From an uncultured Candidatus Saccharibacteria bacterium (GTDB lineage: Bacteria; Patescibacteriota; Minisyncoccia; Phycocordibacterales; UBA3531), in NCBI GenBank assembly GCA_964361405.1, contig CAYIAA010000002.1:5299-69298 (forward strand): 64,000 nt of DNA, in the 5' to 3' direction. How positions within the stretch are numbered: position 1 is the stretch's first letter; every line of letters starts with the position of its first letter. Made by a program: the position numbers and the translations under genes. Positions 45,567 through 56,651 of the stretch are shown in pieces. A model generated the notes under the pieces. That model was not told the DNA's origin and made no database searches. It saw only the letters and a program-made list of their open reading frames with translations.

Positions 45567-46772
45567 CTATGGCAAGAAGTGACGCGAGAAACTCCGAAGA
45601 GAGTTTGTTATATCGCGCGAGAAGACGGAGAACCCAAAGGAACCACGGGTATTTCGGGGATCAAGTCCGTAGGCTGCGAGCCCGTAGGCAACAGCAAATG
45701 TCGGATCGGAAATAGCGAGACGGCCCGCTCGCGGATCATCGTGCCCCATTGAAACATTCACCGGAAATAGCGTGCGGGTGACGCGCGCGGGGAGGCGGAG
45801 CTCTCGCCGCGCAAATTCGTCTACGCCGGGTATCAAGGCACCTCCGCCGGTGAGTACAATGCCCGCAGGCAAGAGTCCATTTCTTCCGATTTTCTCAAGG
45901 TGTTTTTCAATGAGCTCAAAAATGTCGGAGAGGCGAGCTTCGATGATGTCGTCAATTTTTCTTTTTGCGGGCCCGGATTTTTCTCCGCCACGTTTCAGTT
46001 CTTCCGCGTCTTCAAGCGAGATGCGAAGTCCGAGCGCGATGTCGTTCGTAATCGCTTTTGATCCAACCGGAAATACTGCAGCGGAAACGAGCGAACCGTC
46101 TTCGAAGACGGCAATATGCGTGGTATCTGACCCGATGTCGGCAAGCACGCATCCGACTGCGCGCTGTGGTTTCGTGATAGAGACGAAACTCGATGCGATA
46201 GGTGAGGGGACAAGGTCGCCGTCACGGAGCGTGAGCCCGTGCGATTCAAAGAGATCCTCAAGGTTATCTAAATGCTGGCGGAGATAGGAAAGGAAATGCA
46301 CACGCGCTTCAAGCTTGAGTCCTGTCATCCCGACAGGACTTGCGAAGACGCGTTCACGATCGAGTTTAAATCCAACGGGAATTTCTGAAAGAATAGTTCT
46401 ATTTGCGGCCCCGGGGAGGCGTTCTCGTGCAGCGTCAACGACGCGCGACACATCGTCCTCGGTGATGATATTATCAGCGCGTGAGACGGCGATAGAACTT
46501 TCGAGTACCACCCCGGTAAGGGGAATTCCTCCCACCGCAACCAGAGTACGTCGCGCGCGCACTCCCGTCGTGCGTTCAACCTCTTTTACAAGCCCTTCAA
46601 TAGATTCTCCCGCGTCGTCGGGGTCAGAAATATAGCCTTGTTTAAAGCCAAGAGAGGGTCTTTTCACCACAGCAAGAACTTTCGGAGGTGCATCGCCTTC
46701 CCCCCGCTCAAGCACAACCGCTTTTACGGAACTGTCTCCGGGGTCAATCCCCATGATGATTGAACGTGGCAT
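45567..46772 (-). CDS. ftsA: cell division protein FtsA
   Basis: Actin-fold ATPase: IMGIDPGDSSVKAVV ... DIGSDTTHIAVF ... VLTGGGALIPG. Confidence 0.9.
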   Translation of the reverse strand: MPRSIIMGIDPGDSSVKAVVLERGEGDAPPKVLAVVKRPSLGFKQGYISDPDDAGESIEGLVKEVERTTGVRARRTLVAVGGIPLTGVVLESSIAVSRADNIITEDDVSRVVDAARERLPGAANRTILSEIPVGFKLDRERVFASPVGMTGLKLEARVHFLSYLRQHLDNLEDLFESHGLTLRDGDLVPSPIASSFVSITKPQRAVGCVLADIGSDTTHIAVFEDGSLVSAAVFPVGSKAITNDIALGLRISLEDAEELKRGGEKSGPAKRKIDDIIEARLSDIFELIEKHLEKIGRNGLLPAGIVLTGGGALIPGVDEFARRELRLPARVTRTLFPVNVSMGHDDPRAGRLAISDPTFAVAYGLAAYGLDPRNTRGSFGFSVFSRDITNSLRSFSRHFLP

Positions 46773-46837
46773 TGAAAAATAAAGCGCCCGCTATCGAGCC
46801 TTCGCCCTATCACACCCGAGATTACTTCCCAACGGGT

Positions 46838-47224
46838 TTAGACGAACCGACTCATGAGCTCTCGCTCTGTGCGTTCCATTGTACTACCGTGGCGGTATCC
46901 CTTCAAATGAAGGAGTCCGTGGATAAAGAGATATGCGCTCTGACGGCGGGCATTTATCCCGAGTGAGCGTGCCTCACTTTCTGCTTGTTTAAGGTTGAGC
47001 ACCACTTCTCCCATATCTGGAGAAATCGGGAATGAAAGGACATTTGCCGGCTTATTTTTTTTTCGGTAGAGGCGGTTCAATGCCTTCGAGCGCGCATCGC
47101 CGACGAAGACGAGACTCATATCGTAGCCCTTTCCCAGCACACGCTCTGCGATTTCCTGCCATACTACCCGAGGGGGGTGTCTCTTAGTGAGATTTACGAT
47201 TCCAAACATCAGCAAGCTTTCCAA
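46838..47224 (-). CDS. ybeY: endoribonuclease YbeY
   Basis: FIHGLLHLKGYRH (H3xH5xH motif). Confidence 0.85.
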   Translation of the reverse strand: MESLLMFGIVNLTKRHPPRVVWQEIAERVLGKGYDMSLVFVGDARSKALNRLYRKKNKPANVLSFPISPDMGEVVLNLKQAESEARSLGINARRQSAYLFIHGLLHLKGYRHGSTMERTERELMSRFV

Positions 47225-47432
47225 GCTTTCTCAATTTTTCGATTTCTTTTATGCGCTCAATGCGATTTAAGGCGTAGCGTTTCTTTGCGTAGTCGGATTG
47301 CGGCCGTTCTCTCCGTCGAACTCTCTTTGCGATTTTAAGTATTGACGCTCCTTGAACCCTCCGTGAAAATCGTCGAAGCAGACTTCCGGATGTTTCGTGC
47401 TTGTTTTTCTTGACTTCAATAACAGTAACCAT
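47184..47432 (-). CDS. rpsU: 30S ribosomal protein bS21
   Basis: MVTVIEVKK ... LLRRFSRRV ... AKKRY basic profile; SD AAGGTAGG; start ATG 47432 lies 25 nt past the hisS stop. Confidence 0.7.
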   Translation of the reverse strand: MVTVIEVKKNKHETSGSLLRRFSRRVQGASILKIAKRVRRRERPQSDYAKKRYALNRIERIKEIEKLRKLGKLADVWNRKSH

Positions 47433-47457
47433 GCGACCTACCTTAGCACACCGAGCG

Positions 47458-48852
47458 CTATCGGGCAATTTTTTGTTTGATGTAGTCGGAGAGTCCCGCT
47501 ATAGCCACCGTTTCTTGCGAGCGGGTATCCATATTCCGGATGATGATGGTGTTATCGATCACTTCTTTTTGCCCCAAGATGAGCACCCAGGGGATTCCGA
47601 GGCGCTCCGCCATGGCGAGCTGGACGGAAAGCGTGTCCTTCGAGAGCGACTGCTTTACGGGGACTTTTGCCTGCCGGAGTGATTCAATAATGGGGATACT
47701 TTTCAACTTTGCATCAAAGCCAAGCTGAATGAAAAATGCTCGGGGTTTTTTTACGATGCGCGGAGGGGGAATATTCGCACGGGCTACTTCGAGCACCCGA
47801 TCAACGCCAATCGCTCCCCCGACTGCGGCGATATTTTTCTTACTCCCGAGTGTTCGTGAGAGATAGTCGTAGCGTCCTCCGGAGGCGAGTGCGAGCGGCG
47901 CGGGCCCGCTTGCCGGCGAGGCAGGGACATTCATCTTTTTATCTTCTCCGCCTTCGACTTCGGCAGGAGTGTCTTCAAATATTTCAAAAACCGTGCGGGA
48001 GTAATAATCAAGTCCGCGCACAAGCCGACTGTTTATTTTGTAGGGAATCTCCATGGACTCGAGATATTCAAGTACTTCTTTGAAGTGTTGTTTCGCGGGA
48101 CCGAAGAGGTGATCAATTGCCTCGGGCGCGTCGGCTTTAAAAGGTTCTACGGTCGGATCTTTGGAATCGAGGAGGCGGATGGGGTTTCGCTTCAAGAGTT
48201 CGCGCGCGTGAGTTGAGAGTTTACTTTCGAATTTTCTGAAATAGGTGGTAAGAGCTTTACGGTATACAAGGTGACACTCTTTGTCTCCTAAAGTATTCAG
48301 TTCTACGGTGAGATTCTTAAGCCCCACCTCTCCCAAGATGAGAAGAAGGAGTTTGATAACGAGCGTGTCGGCAATACTTTTTTCGGTGCCGATTACTTCA
48401 AGCCCGAATTGCCGGAGTTCTCGCAAGCGCCCGCGCTGGGGATTTTCATGGCGGAAAAAAGGTCCATAGTAGTAGAGAAGTGTCGGCTGTGGTTGGGATT
48501 GGAGCCCGGTTTCGAGGTATGCCCGCAAGATTGGTGCCGTTCCTTCAGGTCGGAGCACGAGGCGGTCTCCACCCTTTGTTTTCAGGCGGTACATTTCTTT
48601 TTCTATAATGTCCGTATATTCTCCGATTCCGCCGAATACCTCCTCGCGTTCAAGGATAGGAGTCTCGATTGGTTGGAAGCCGTAGTAGAGAGCGACCTCG
48701 GCTGCGCGCTCATAGAATCCTTGGTAGGCGAAAAAGTCGGCGCCGACGATGTCACGCATCCCCTTCGGTGTGCGCGTCTCGAGTGTTTTTTTTTCAACAC
48801 TCGGCGTCTCTTCAGACTCGTTCTCTTGAGGATGTGCTTTCGCTCGCGGCAT
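47458..48852 (-). CDS. hisS: histidyl-tRNA synthetase
   Basis: Class II motif 2 FRHENPQRGRLRELRQFGLEVIG; start ATG 48852 (5 nt gap to lepB). Confidence 0.9.
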   Translation of the reverse strand: MPRAKAHPQENESEETPSVEKKTLETRTPKGMRDIVGADFFAYQGFYERAAEVALYYGFQPIETPILEREEVFGGIGEYTDIIEKEMYRLKTKGGDRLVLRPEGTAPILRAYLETGLQSQPQPTLLYYYGPFFRHENPQRGRLRELRQFGLEVIGTEKSIADTLVIKLLLLILGEVGLKNLTVELNTLGDKECHLVYRKALTTYFRKFESKLSTHARELLKRNPIRLLDSKDPTVEPFKADAPEAIDHLFGPAKQHFKEVLEYLESMEIPYKINSRLVRGLDYYSRTVFEIFEDTPAEVEGGEDKKMNVPASPASGPAPLALASGGRYDYLSRTLGSKKNIAAVGGAIGVDRVLEVARANIPPPRIVKKPRAFFIQLGFDAKLKSIPIIESLRQAKVPVKQSLSKDTLSVQLAMAERLGIPWVLILGQKEVIDNTIIIRNMDTRSQETVAIAGLSDYIKQKIAR

Positions 48853-48857
48853 AGTAC

Positions 48858-49400
48858 TTACTTTTCCACGACTCCAGGGAAGAGTTCGACTCTCGTCAAA
48901 GGAAGAAGGCGCAAGATAACGCGTCCGACGATTAAGTTTTCCGGCACCGGTCCCCATGTGCGGGAATCGGAACTCGCGGATCGATTGTCGCCCATAACAA
49001 AATACTCTTTCGATTCGAGTGACGCGTCGTCCCGCGGGAGGATTGGTTTTGACGGAAGATATGACTCGTCAATTTTTTCGCGTTTGTCATCCACCATGAC
49101 GAAGATGTCGGAGTCTCTGATCTCAAGCACTTCATTCGGGAGTCCGATGATGCGTTTAATGAAAAATTTCGAGTGATCTTTTGGGTAACGAAAAATGACG
49201 ATCTCGCCGCGCGCGGGTTCACGGAAACGGTACGAGAGCTCATCCACAATCAAGTATTCGCCATCTCCGAATGTCGGTACCATTGATTCCCCAGAAACGA
49301 CGAAGGGTTGGGCGATGTAGAGTTTTATCGGTAGCGTGATGGCAAGCGCGATTACGAAGTAGGTGATAAACTCGCGCACATACTTCGAGAGACTATTCAT
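48858..49400 (-). CDS. lepB: signal peptidase I
   Basis: VSGESMVPTF (Ser box), GDNRSASSDSR, single N-terminal TM. Confidence 0.85.
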   Translation of the reverse strand: MNSLSKYVREFITYFVIALAITLPIKLYIAQPFVVSGESMVPTFGDGEYLIVDELSYRFREPARGEIVIFRYPKDHSKFFIKRIIGLPNEVLEIRDSDIFVMVDDKREKIDESYLPSKPILPRDDASLESKEYFVMGDNRSASSDSRTWGPVPENLIVGRVILRLLPLTRVELFPGVVEK

Positions 49401-49464
49401 GTGCCGACATGGTAGTACAAAATCCCCGTTGGCGCAAGAACACAGCTATGGTATGTTTTTTACT

Positions 49465-50058
49465 ATGCATATTCTCGTCGGCCTGGGGAATCCTGGAGTG
49501 GAGTACGCACTCTCGCGGCACAGTGTTGGACGCGACATGATACTGCGTTTTCTTCGTGCGGAGGGTTTTGATGTGCCGAAAATGGATTCGAAACGTACTG
49601 CGCTCGTCTCGGAAGGAAAACTTTCAAAAGGTGGCGAGAGAGTGACTTTGGTTATTCCAGAGAGTTTCATGAACGACTCGGGTCCCGTCATCAAACGATT
49701 CGTGAAAAATGCGCGGGACCGGAGCCGACTCATCGTACTCCACGACGACCTTGATCTCCCGCTTGGCTCAATAAAAATTTCTTTCGGGCGCGGCAGTGGC
49801 GGACACCGTGGGGTGGAATCTGTCTCGAATGCTCTTAGGAGCAAGGATTTTACCCGCGTTCGCATCGGTATTTCGCCGGAGTTAAAAAAAGGAGGCGTGA
49901 AGAAGCCTTCGGGAGGGGAAAAAACAATCTCTTATGTGCTGGGGAAGTTTTCACCCCGAGAGCGAGCGGCATTGGGGAGAATCACAAAACGAATTCGAGA
50001 AGTCCTTATCTCTCTCGTTTCGGAAGGAACCGAACGCGCGATGAACCGCTTTAACTAG
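49465..50058 (+). CDS. pth: peptidyl-tRNA hydrolase
   Basis: ILVGLGNPGVEYALSRHSVG ... start ATG 49465 (ORF-track start 49363 overlaps lepB divergently). Confidence 0.85.
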   Translation: MHILVGLGNPGVEYALSRHSVGRDMILRFLRAEGFDVPKMDSKRTALVSEGKLSKGGERVTLVIPESFMNDSGPVIKRFVKNARDRSRLIVLHDDLDLPLGSIKISFGRGSGGHRGVESVSNALRSKDFTRVRIGISPELKKGGVKKPSGGEKTISYVLGKFSPRERAALGRITKRIREVLISLVSEGTERAMNRFN

Positions 50059-50068
50059 ATTCCCCTTA

Positions 50069-51184
50069 CTACTTCACAAGGACGAGCGTCATCCGCTGGT
50101 CTTTGGGTTCGAAGAGTGTAATCGTGAATTCATAGGTTTTGCCAAGCTCGAGAAATTGCTGAAGTTTTTCCGCCGAGGCGAATTCGGAGATATGGATGAG
50201 TCCGGCGACTCCCGCTTCAATCGAGACGAGAGCGCCATAGCGATTATATTTGATGACGACTCCTTTCACGTGGTCGCCTTTCTGGTAACGACTCTCCGCC
50301 ATACCCCACGGATTTTCTTTCAGAGCTTTGATCGAGAGTGAAATTTTATCATCTTTGATTTCGATGATTTTTGCTTCGACGTGATCTCCCACACGGTAGA
50401 GCGTTCGGGGGTTTTCAACGAGCGACCAGTCGATTTCTGAAATGTGGACGAGTCCTTCGAGCCCCTCTTCGATTTTCACGAAGACGCCGAAGTCAACCGC
50501 GCCCGTCACCTCGCCCTCGACACGATCGCCGACATGGTATTTTTCAATGAGACGCTGTTTCCCGACTACATCCCCGTTCTTTTCGGAGAAAATAAGTTTC
50601 CCTTCACCCGGATCTGCGGTAATGATTGAAACATTGAGTTTTACCCCAACGAGTTTTCGCAGTTCTTCAAAAATTTTGTCCTTATCGCCGTCTCCCACGC
50701 GCGGATAGTGTTCGGGTTTTAGTTGGGAAGCTGGCAGAAAACCCGATATACCTTGCCACTCGAGAATAAGCCCTCCTTTATTGGCTTCAAGAACGGGAAG
50801 TTCAAAGAACATTTTTTCTTTGACTGCGGCTTCGGCATCTCCCCAGATAACCGCTTGTTTCGCTTCGCGCAGGGACAACTCAATGTAACCATCCTCGTTT
50901 TCGACGTCGATAATTTTGGCAACGACGGTGTCACTGAGATTTACTTTCTTGATGACGTCGCGCGCGTTTAAGTATTCCCTTCCATAGATTATCCCGGTGC
51001 CGAACGCCCCGAGGTCGATGTACACATGGCGGGAGTCCTTACTGATGACCGTGCCGGTCGCTAAATCACCCTCTTTCGGAGGTGGTACAGTACGTTCGAT
51101 AAACGCCTCCATCCGAGCCGCGACCTTCTCCGACTCATCTAACTGGGCGTCTGGAATAAGGAGTGTTTCGGTCCCCGTACTCAT
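50069..51184 (-). CDS. rpsA: 30S ribosomal protein S1 (4 S1 domains, short form)
   Basis: Repeated S1 OB-fold units (GxV ... G.V ... F.V). Confidence 0.85.
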   Translation of the reverse strand: MSTGTETLLIPDAQLDESEKVAARMEAFIERTVPPPKEGDLATGTVISKDSRHVYIDLGAFGTGIIYGREYLNARDVIKKVNLSDTVVAKIIDVENEDGYIELSLREAKQAVIWGDAEAAVKEKMFFELPVLEANKGGLILEWQGISGFLPASQLKPEHYPRVGDGDKDKIFEELRKLVGVKLNVSIITADPGEGKLIFSEKNGDVVGKQRLIEKYHVGDRVEGEVTGAVDFGVFVKIEEGLEGLVHISEIDWSLVENPRTLYRVGDHVEAKIIEIKDDKISLSIKALKENPWGMAESRYQKGDHVKGVVIKYNRYGALVSIEAGVAGLIHISEFASAEKLQQFLELGKTYEFTITLFEPKDQRMTLVLVK

Positions 51185-51320
51185 TGTGTTCCACCCGCCT
51201 TTTCTCTCTTACGCATAGTGCACTAGAGTATAGCCGCATACTGCCCTTTTGCAAGCGTTTTTCCCGAGCGAGGGCTTAAAAAGCCTTTATTTTCTTGAAT
51301 GAATCGGGTATACTAAAGAA

Positions 51321-51971
51321 GTGGTAATTACCTATTTAGGTAAGGATTTTATACGGATTAATTCAGGCGAGCGGACCCTCGCACTCTCTCCTCGGGCAAG
51401 CGAGGATGGGCGGCGAATAGGGAGTTTCGGGGCGGATATTGCCATGGCTTCGGTGCGTGACCAGGACCATGCGGCTTTTGACCATGTGACGCACGGAAAG
51501 ACAGAACCCTTTACCATTCATGGCCCCGGCGAGTATGAAGTCGGTGGCATTTCGATTATCGGGGTTGCAAGTGATCGTGTGCGCACTTCGGATAATCGCG
51601 AGAGGGTGAATACGGCCTATGTAATCGGGCTTGAGGGTATCCGCCTCTGTCATATAGGACTTCACAGGAAAGCGGGCTTTGATGCCGGGGTAGGTGAGGC
51701 GCTTGGAGGAATTGACGTTCTTTTTATTTCGATTGGTGGAGAGACGGGACTTGATCATACCGGGGCGCAAAAAGTAGTCGCGGCGCTTGAGCCCAAGATG
51801 ATTATTCCGCTCCGCGTTTCCGGGGAGCACGGAGAAAAAGAATTCAAGGCATTTCTGAAAGAGTCGGGTGAGGGGAGTACAGAGGCGGTCGGAAAATTGA
51901 CTTTAAAGAAAAAAGATCTTGAAGGGAAAGATGGGGAGGTCGTTGTGCTCGAGCGCGCCATAGAAGGGTAG
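51321..51971 (+). CDS. MBL-fold metal-dependent hydrolase (UPF0173-like)
   Basis: ITYLGKDFIRIN ... HVTHGKTEP ... HIGLHRK ... pattern. Confidence 0.65.
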   Translation: MVITYLGKDFIRINSGERTLALSPRASEDGRRIGSFGADIAMASVRDQDHAAFDHVTHGKTEPFTIHGPGEYEVGGISIIGVASDRVRTSDNRERVNTAYVIGLEGIRLCHIGLHRKAGFDAGVGEALGGIDVLFISIGGETGLDHTGAQKVVAALEPKMIIPLRVSGEHGEKEFKAFLKESGEGSTEAVGKLTLKKKDLEGKDGEVVVLERAIEG

Positions 51972-51972
51972 T

Positions 51973-52257
51973 ATGTCTTTTTTTGATTACTTGGAGAAGC
52001 TGCGCGAGCTCCCGGAGTCGACACGGCAGAAGATTCTTTTGCTATCAAGCATTGCGCTTACTCTTTTCATTACGGTAGCTTGGTTCTCGAGCTTCCGACT
52101 TGAGCCGCTTCAAGGTGGAGAAGACATTAAAAGAGAGGAAACACAGGCGAGTCAACCACTAAACTTTTTCGAATCTGTGAGAGGTGTAGTGAGTGACGTC
52201 GCGCACGGATTTGGAGTCATACGGAATCGAGTAAAAAGCGAATTCGAAAAACTATGA
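51973..52257 (+). CDS. hypothetical membrane-anchored protein (94 aa)
   Basis: Single [20 protein letters not shown]; tightly packed between the MBL gene and gyrA. Confidence 0.3.
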   Translation: MSFFDYLEKLRELPESTRQKILLLSSIALTLFITVAWFSSFRLEPLQGGEDIKREETQASQPLNFFESVRGVVSDVAHGFGVIRNRVKSEFEKL

Positions 52258-54728
52258 AGGATAAGGATAAAGAAGTAAAAAAAGACGAAGGAACCGAGCG
52301 GGTTGTTGTTGTGGACATCGTTCCGGAAATGCGGGAGTCCTATCTCGACTATGCGATGTCGGTTATTGTTTCTCGCGCACTTCCCGATGTCCGAGATGGA
52401 CTTAAACCGGTGCACCGGAGAATTCTCTATGATATGCACGAGCTCGGACTTACTCACACCGCGCGTTTCCGAAAATCAGCCATGGTTGTCGGCGACGTAA
52501 TCGCAAAATATCACCCGCATGGCGAGTCCGCAGTGTACGATTCACTTGTTCGGATGGCACAAGATTTCACGACCCGCTACCCGCTCATTAGCCCGCAAGG
52601 AAACTTCGGCTCTCTTGACGGCGATCCACCGGCGGCTTATCGCTACACGGAAGCGAAACTTTCCCGCATTGCCTCTGAAATGGTACGTGACCTCGAGAAG
52701 GACACGGTTGAGTGGAAACCAAACTATGACAATACCCGCCGCGAGCCGTGGGTACTTCCCGCACTTCTCCCGAATTTATTACTGAACGGTACGCTTGGTA
52801 TTGCCGTTGGCATGGCGACGAAGATTCCACCGCATAATCTCCGCGAAATCGTTGATGCGCTTATCCATCTTGCCGAGCACCCACGCGCCGACACCGAGGA
52901 CTTACTTGCCTATGTCAAAGGGCCGGACTTTCCCACCGGCGGCATTGTGTATAACGCGCGGGATATTCGCCACGCGTATACGCATGGGCGAGGAGGGGTT
53001 GTCGTCCGCGGAGAAGCGGAAATCGTTGAAGATGATAAGGAATCTTCCATTGTTATTACATCAATCCCATATCAGGTCAATAAGGCCGAGCTCATCATGA
53101 AGATGGCCGACCTTGTCAGGGAAAAGAAGATTGACGGAATCAGGGATTTGCGAGACGAGTCCACGAAAGACGTGCGAATTGTCGTCGAGTTAAAGCACGG
53201 TTCATACCCTGAAAAGGTGCTCAACTTCCTCTATAAGCACACTGACCTTGAAACCGTTTTTCATTTCAATATGCTCGCGCTCTCGGGCGGTGTGCCGAAA
53301 CTCCTATCGCTTCGGGATATCCTCGAAGAATTTATCGAGCACCGGCGTTTGGTCGTGACGCGTCAAACGCGCTACGACCTCGCGCGCGCCGAGGAGCGGG
53401 CGCATATCCTCGAGGGGCTTAAAATTGCGCTCGACGACATTGATGCCGTCATTAAGACGATTAAATCATCGCGAGATACGGATGAGGCGAAAAAGAATCT
53501 CATGACCAAGTTCAAACTTTCGGAGATTCAAGCGGTGGCGATTCTTGATATGAAGCTTTCAAAGCTTGCCGGACTTGAACGAAAGCGCGTCGAGGAGGAA
53601 CTCAAAGAAAAAAAAGCGCTTATCAAAGAATTGAAAAGCATATTGGCTGACCCGAAGAAGGTACTGGGAATCGTTATCGAAGGATTTCGGCGTCTCTCCC
53701 GCGAATATGGTGATGAACGAAGGACAAAAGTAGTGACGCATGAGGCGAAGGCGATATCACTCGAAGACACCGTACCGGATGTTGAGAACGTTCTCGTTTT
53801 GACGCAGGGGGGATATGTGAAGCGCACCGACCCGAAGGAGTTCCGTCTTCAGCGTCGTGGCGGAGTCGGTGTGTCGGATCTCTCGACCCGCGAAGAGGAT
53901 TTCGTCCGGATTTTTCTTACGGCAAGCACACACTGCGATCTTCTGTTTTTCACCGACCGTGGCAAAGTTTACCAAATGAAATTCTATGACATTCCGGAAG
54001 GGAAACGTGCAACGCGCGGTAAGGCGATCGTGAATTTTCTCTCGATTGCCGCCGGTGAACGGGTAACGTCTGTGCTTCCCGTTCCTCGCACGTCACGCGG
54101 AGCAAATTCTGCCGCTCTCATGGTGACGCGCCGGGGCGTGGTGAAAAAAGTCCTGATGGAGAGTTTTAAAGACGTGCGGCGGAGCGGTATCATTGCCCTT
54201 TCTCTCGGGTCTGGCGATGAGCTTCTCGCTGTCCGCGTAGTTGAAAAAGGCGATGATGTTTTGCTCGCCACTCGGAATGGTCAATCGATTCGGTTTTCCG
54301 AGTCAAATATCCGGGCGATGGGACGCACGGCGGGAGGTGTTACCGGAATAAAACTCGCTTCATCTGACGCCATTGTGGGCGCGGTGGTCTCACCACACGC
54401 GGACGGTGGAGATGAAACATCTCTCCTTGTGGTGAGCGAACAGGGGTTCGGAAAAAGGACGCGGATAAAAGAATACCGTCTCCAGCGCCGCGGCGGGAGC
54501 GGAGTGAAAACATTTAAGGTGACGACGAAGACCGGAAAAGTGATTGCCGCACGGGCCCTCCGAGGCTCCCTCGGTGAGCTTCTTGCCATATCGAGACAGG
54601 GGGTGGCCATTAAAGTACCGCTCGCGCAAATTCCGCTCCAAGGCCGTCAAACCCAAGGGGTGCGCGTGATGCGGCCGCGTTCCGGGGATGCACTCGCATC
54701 GGTGACCTGTCTTGAAGAAGTTTTATAA
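52254..54728 (+). CDS. gyrA: DNA gyrase subunit A
   Basis: [26 protein letters not shown] (catalytic Tyr region), GyrA-box, beta-pinwheel repeats. Confidence 0.95.
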   Translation: MKDKDKEVKKDEGTERVVVVDIVPEMRESYLDYAMSVIVSRALPDVRDGLKPVHRRILYDMHELGLTHTARFRKSAMVVGDVIAKYHPHGESAVYDSLVRMAQDFTTRYPLISPQGNFGSLDGDPPAAYRYTEAKLSRIASEMVRDLEKDTVEWKPNYDNTRREPWVLPALLPNLLLNGTLGIAVGMATKIPPHNLREIVDALIHLAEHPRADTEDLLAYVKGPDFPTGGIVYNARDIRHAYTHGRGGVVVRGEAEIVEDDKESSIVITSIPYQVNKAELIMKMADLVREKKIDGIRDLRDESTKDVRIVVELKHGSYPEKVLNFLYKHTDLETVFHFNMLALSGGVPKLLSLRDILEEFIEHRRLVVTRQTRYDLARAEERAHILEGLKIALDDIDAVIKTIKSSRDTDEAKKNLMTKFKLSEIQAVAILDMKLSKLAGLERKRVEEELKEKKALIKELKSILADPKKVLGIVIEGFRRLSREYGDERRTKVVTHEAKAISLEDTVPDVENVLVLTQGGYVKRTDPKEFRLQRRGGVGVSDLSTREEDFVRIFLTASTHCDLLFFTDRGKVYQMKFYDIPEGKRATRGKAIVNFLSIAAGERVTSVLPVPRTSRGANSAALMVTRRGVVKKVLMESFKDVRRSGIIALSLGSGDELLAVRVVEKGDDVLLATRNGQSIRFSESNIRAMGRTAGGVTGIKLASSDAIVGAVVSPHADGGDETSLLVVSEQGFGKRTRIKEYRLQRRGGSGVKTFKVTTKTGKVIAARALRGSLGELLAISRQGVAIKVPLAQIPLQGRQTQGVRVMRPRSGDALASVTCLEEVL

Positions 54729-54786
54729 TTGCTCTTGGTGTGCAAAAGAGCCTTCTCGGGTGGAGCGCCACGGTATAGAATAGAGT

Positions 54787-55332
54787 ATGCCCTTCAGTGA
54801 CCCAGAGAAGAATATCCGGTATTTGAAACTTGAAGAAGGAATGCGTGTGGCGGACTTCGGGACTGGTTCAGGCGCCTACGTAGCCGCACTCGCAGAGCGA
54901 GTTGGGAATACGGGCAAGGTGTATGCCATTGATATCCAACAAGAGCTTCTCCGCACGCTCGAGCGGAATTTGCGTGAGCAAGAAGTCAAAAATGTTGAAT
55001 TTGTATGGTCGGATCTTGATGAGCCGAGTGGGTCAAAACTTCAAGCTGGATCACAGGGTGCCGTCGTTATTGCAAATCTCCTCTTTCAATCGGAAAATAA
55101 ACTCGGGCTCTTTCGTGAAGCATGGCGTGTGCTTAAGCCCAGCGGAGTGCTCTTGGTAGTCGACTGGAGCGATTCTTTTTCAAACTTGGGGCCGGTGCCC
55201 GAGGCGGTAGTGACTCTCACACAAGCGAAATCGCTCTTGAGCGAAGCGGGATTTACCCCAGAGCGCGAATTTGAGGCAGGAGATCACCACTACGGCATCG
55301 TTTCCCGGAAAGACCGAAAAGAAAAACTATGA
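54787..55332 (+). CDS. class I SAM-dependent methyltransferase
   Basis: Motif I VADFGTGSGAY; post-I acidic residue; motif II VVIANLLF. Confidence 0.75.
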   Translation: MPFSDPEKNIRYLKLEEGMRVADFGTGSGAYVAALAERVGNTGKVYAIDIQQELLRTLERNLREQEVKNVEFVWSDLDEPSGSKLQAGSQGAVVIANLLFQSENKLGLFREAWRVLKPSGVLLVVDWSDSFSNLGPVPEAVVTLTQAKSLLSEAGFTPEREFEAGDHHYGIVSRKDRKEKL

Positions 55333-56651
55333 GCGGACTTCAAGTAGGAATGATTATTTTTTTCCTCGCCCTTGCAATTTTAGGCGTCCTTCTTTTTGCC
55401 GGTATCATACCGGGGTTTAGTGGAACGACCTCTTCACGGGAAAGCGCCGTCAAAATTTTGATATGGGGAACATTGCCTCATGAAGATGTTGAAAAAGTAT
55501 CCGATGCCTTTGTGAAGCGCGAGCGCGGTCGGTTTGACATCACCTATGTTGTGCAATCAAGCGAGAATTTGGAAATAAATCTTCTTCGCGCCATCGCAGA
55601 CGGCAGTGCACCGGACATCATTCTTTTTCCTGATGACCTTCTCCTCTCTCTTGAGAACCAGTTTTTTACGATTCCGCCCGAGTCAATGAATGAGCGCGCT
55701 TTCCGCGAACGATTCGCGGAAGCGGGCGAACTTTTTAGTGTTCCTCAAGGAATCCTCGCTCTTCCCATCGCACTTGATCCGGTCGTTATGTACTGGAATC
55801 GTGACATTTTCAAGGAAGTGGGTGTCTTGAAGCCTCCGGAGTATTGGGATGAACTCTTCGATTTTGCGAAGCGTACTTCTGTGAAAGATTCCTCCGGCAA
55901 AGTGCTTTTAAGCGCTGTTTCGCTCGGGGAAACCCGAAACATTACGCACTCAAAAGAAATATTAAGCACACTCTTTATGCAGACGGGGACACCGATTACC
56001 CGTCGTACACCTGCTGGGCGCGTGGTCTCGGAACTTGTACGGCGTGACGAAAACTCACCTGTCACGCCGGCAGAATCTGGACTCGTTTTTTATACAGATT
56101 TTTCGAATCCCGCGAAGCCACACTATTCATGGAACGGTTCATTGCCTCAATCGCGTGATGCCTTTGGCGCGGAACTGCTCGCGATTTATTTTGGACTCGC
56201 GAGCGATCTTGAGACAATTCGGAGTGGGAACCCCCATCTTAATTTCGATGTGACGGAGGTTCCTCAAATCCGAGATGGACGATCAAAATTAACGTGGACA
56301 AAAATATTCGGAGGAGCTGTGCTTAAAAGTTCAAAACAAATTGGCTCCGCTCTCGAAGTGCTCTATGCTTTAACGGACGCCGAAAGCGAAAAACTGTTTT
56401 CTGAAGTGCTTAATCTTCCTCCGGCGCGTCGGGACTTGCTTTCCACTGCGCATCCGGATCCTTACAGTGCTAGTTTCTATCGTTCCGCCGCGTTTGGAAA
56501 GGGATGGCTTGACCCTAACCAAGCACGCACGATGACTATTTTTCAAGATATGGTCGACAAAGTAACCGCTCGACGGATAACACCTTCGGTCGCGGTCTTT
56601 GATGCGGGGGAACAGCTCAGTGAGGCGCTCGAAAGTCTCGACGTACGATGA
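55329..56651 (+). CDS. membrane-anchored extracellular solute-binding protein family 1-like
   Basis: N-terminal TM then family-1 SBP pattern (ILIWGTL ..., ALPIALDPVVMYWNRDIF, YWDELFDFAK); ATGA overlaps on both sides. Confidence 0.6.
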   Translation: MSGLQVGMIIFFLALAILGVLLFAGIIPGFSGTTSSRESAVKILIWGTLPHEDVEKVSDAFVKRERGRFDITYVVQSSENLEINLLRAIADGSAPDIILFPDDLLLSLENQFFTIPPESMNERAFRERFAEAGELFSVPQGILALPIALDPVVMYWNRDIFKEVGVLKPPEYWDELFDFAKRTSVKDSSGKVLLSAVSLGETRNITHSKEILSTLFMQTGTPITRRTPAGRVVSELVRRDENSPVTPAESGLVFYTDFSNPAKPHYSWNGSLPQSRDAFGAELLAIYFGLASDLETIRSGNPHLNFDVTEVPQIRDGRSKLTWTKIFGGAVLKSSKQIGSALEVLYALTDAESEKLFSEVLNLPPARRDLLSTAHPDPYSASFYRSAAFGKGWLDPNQARTMTIFQDMVDKVTARRITPSVAVFDAGEQLSEALESLDVR

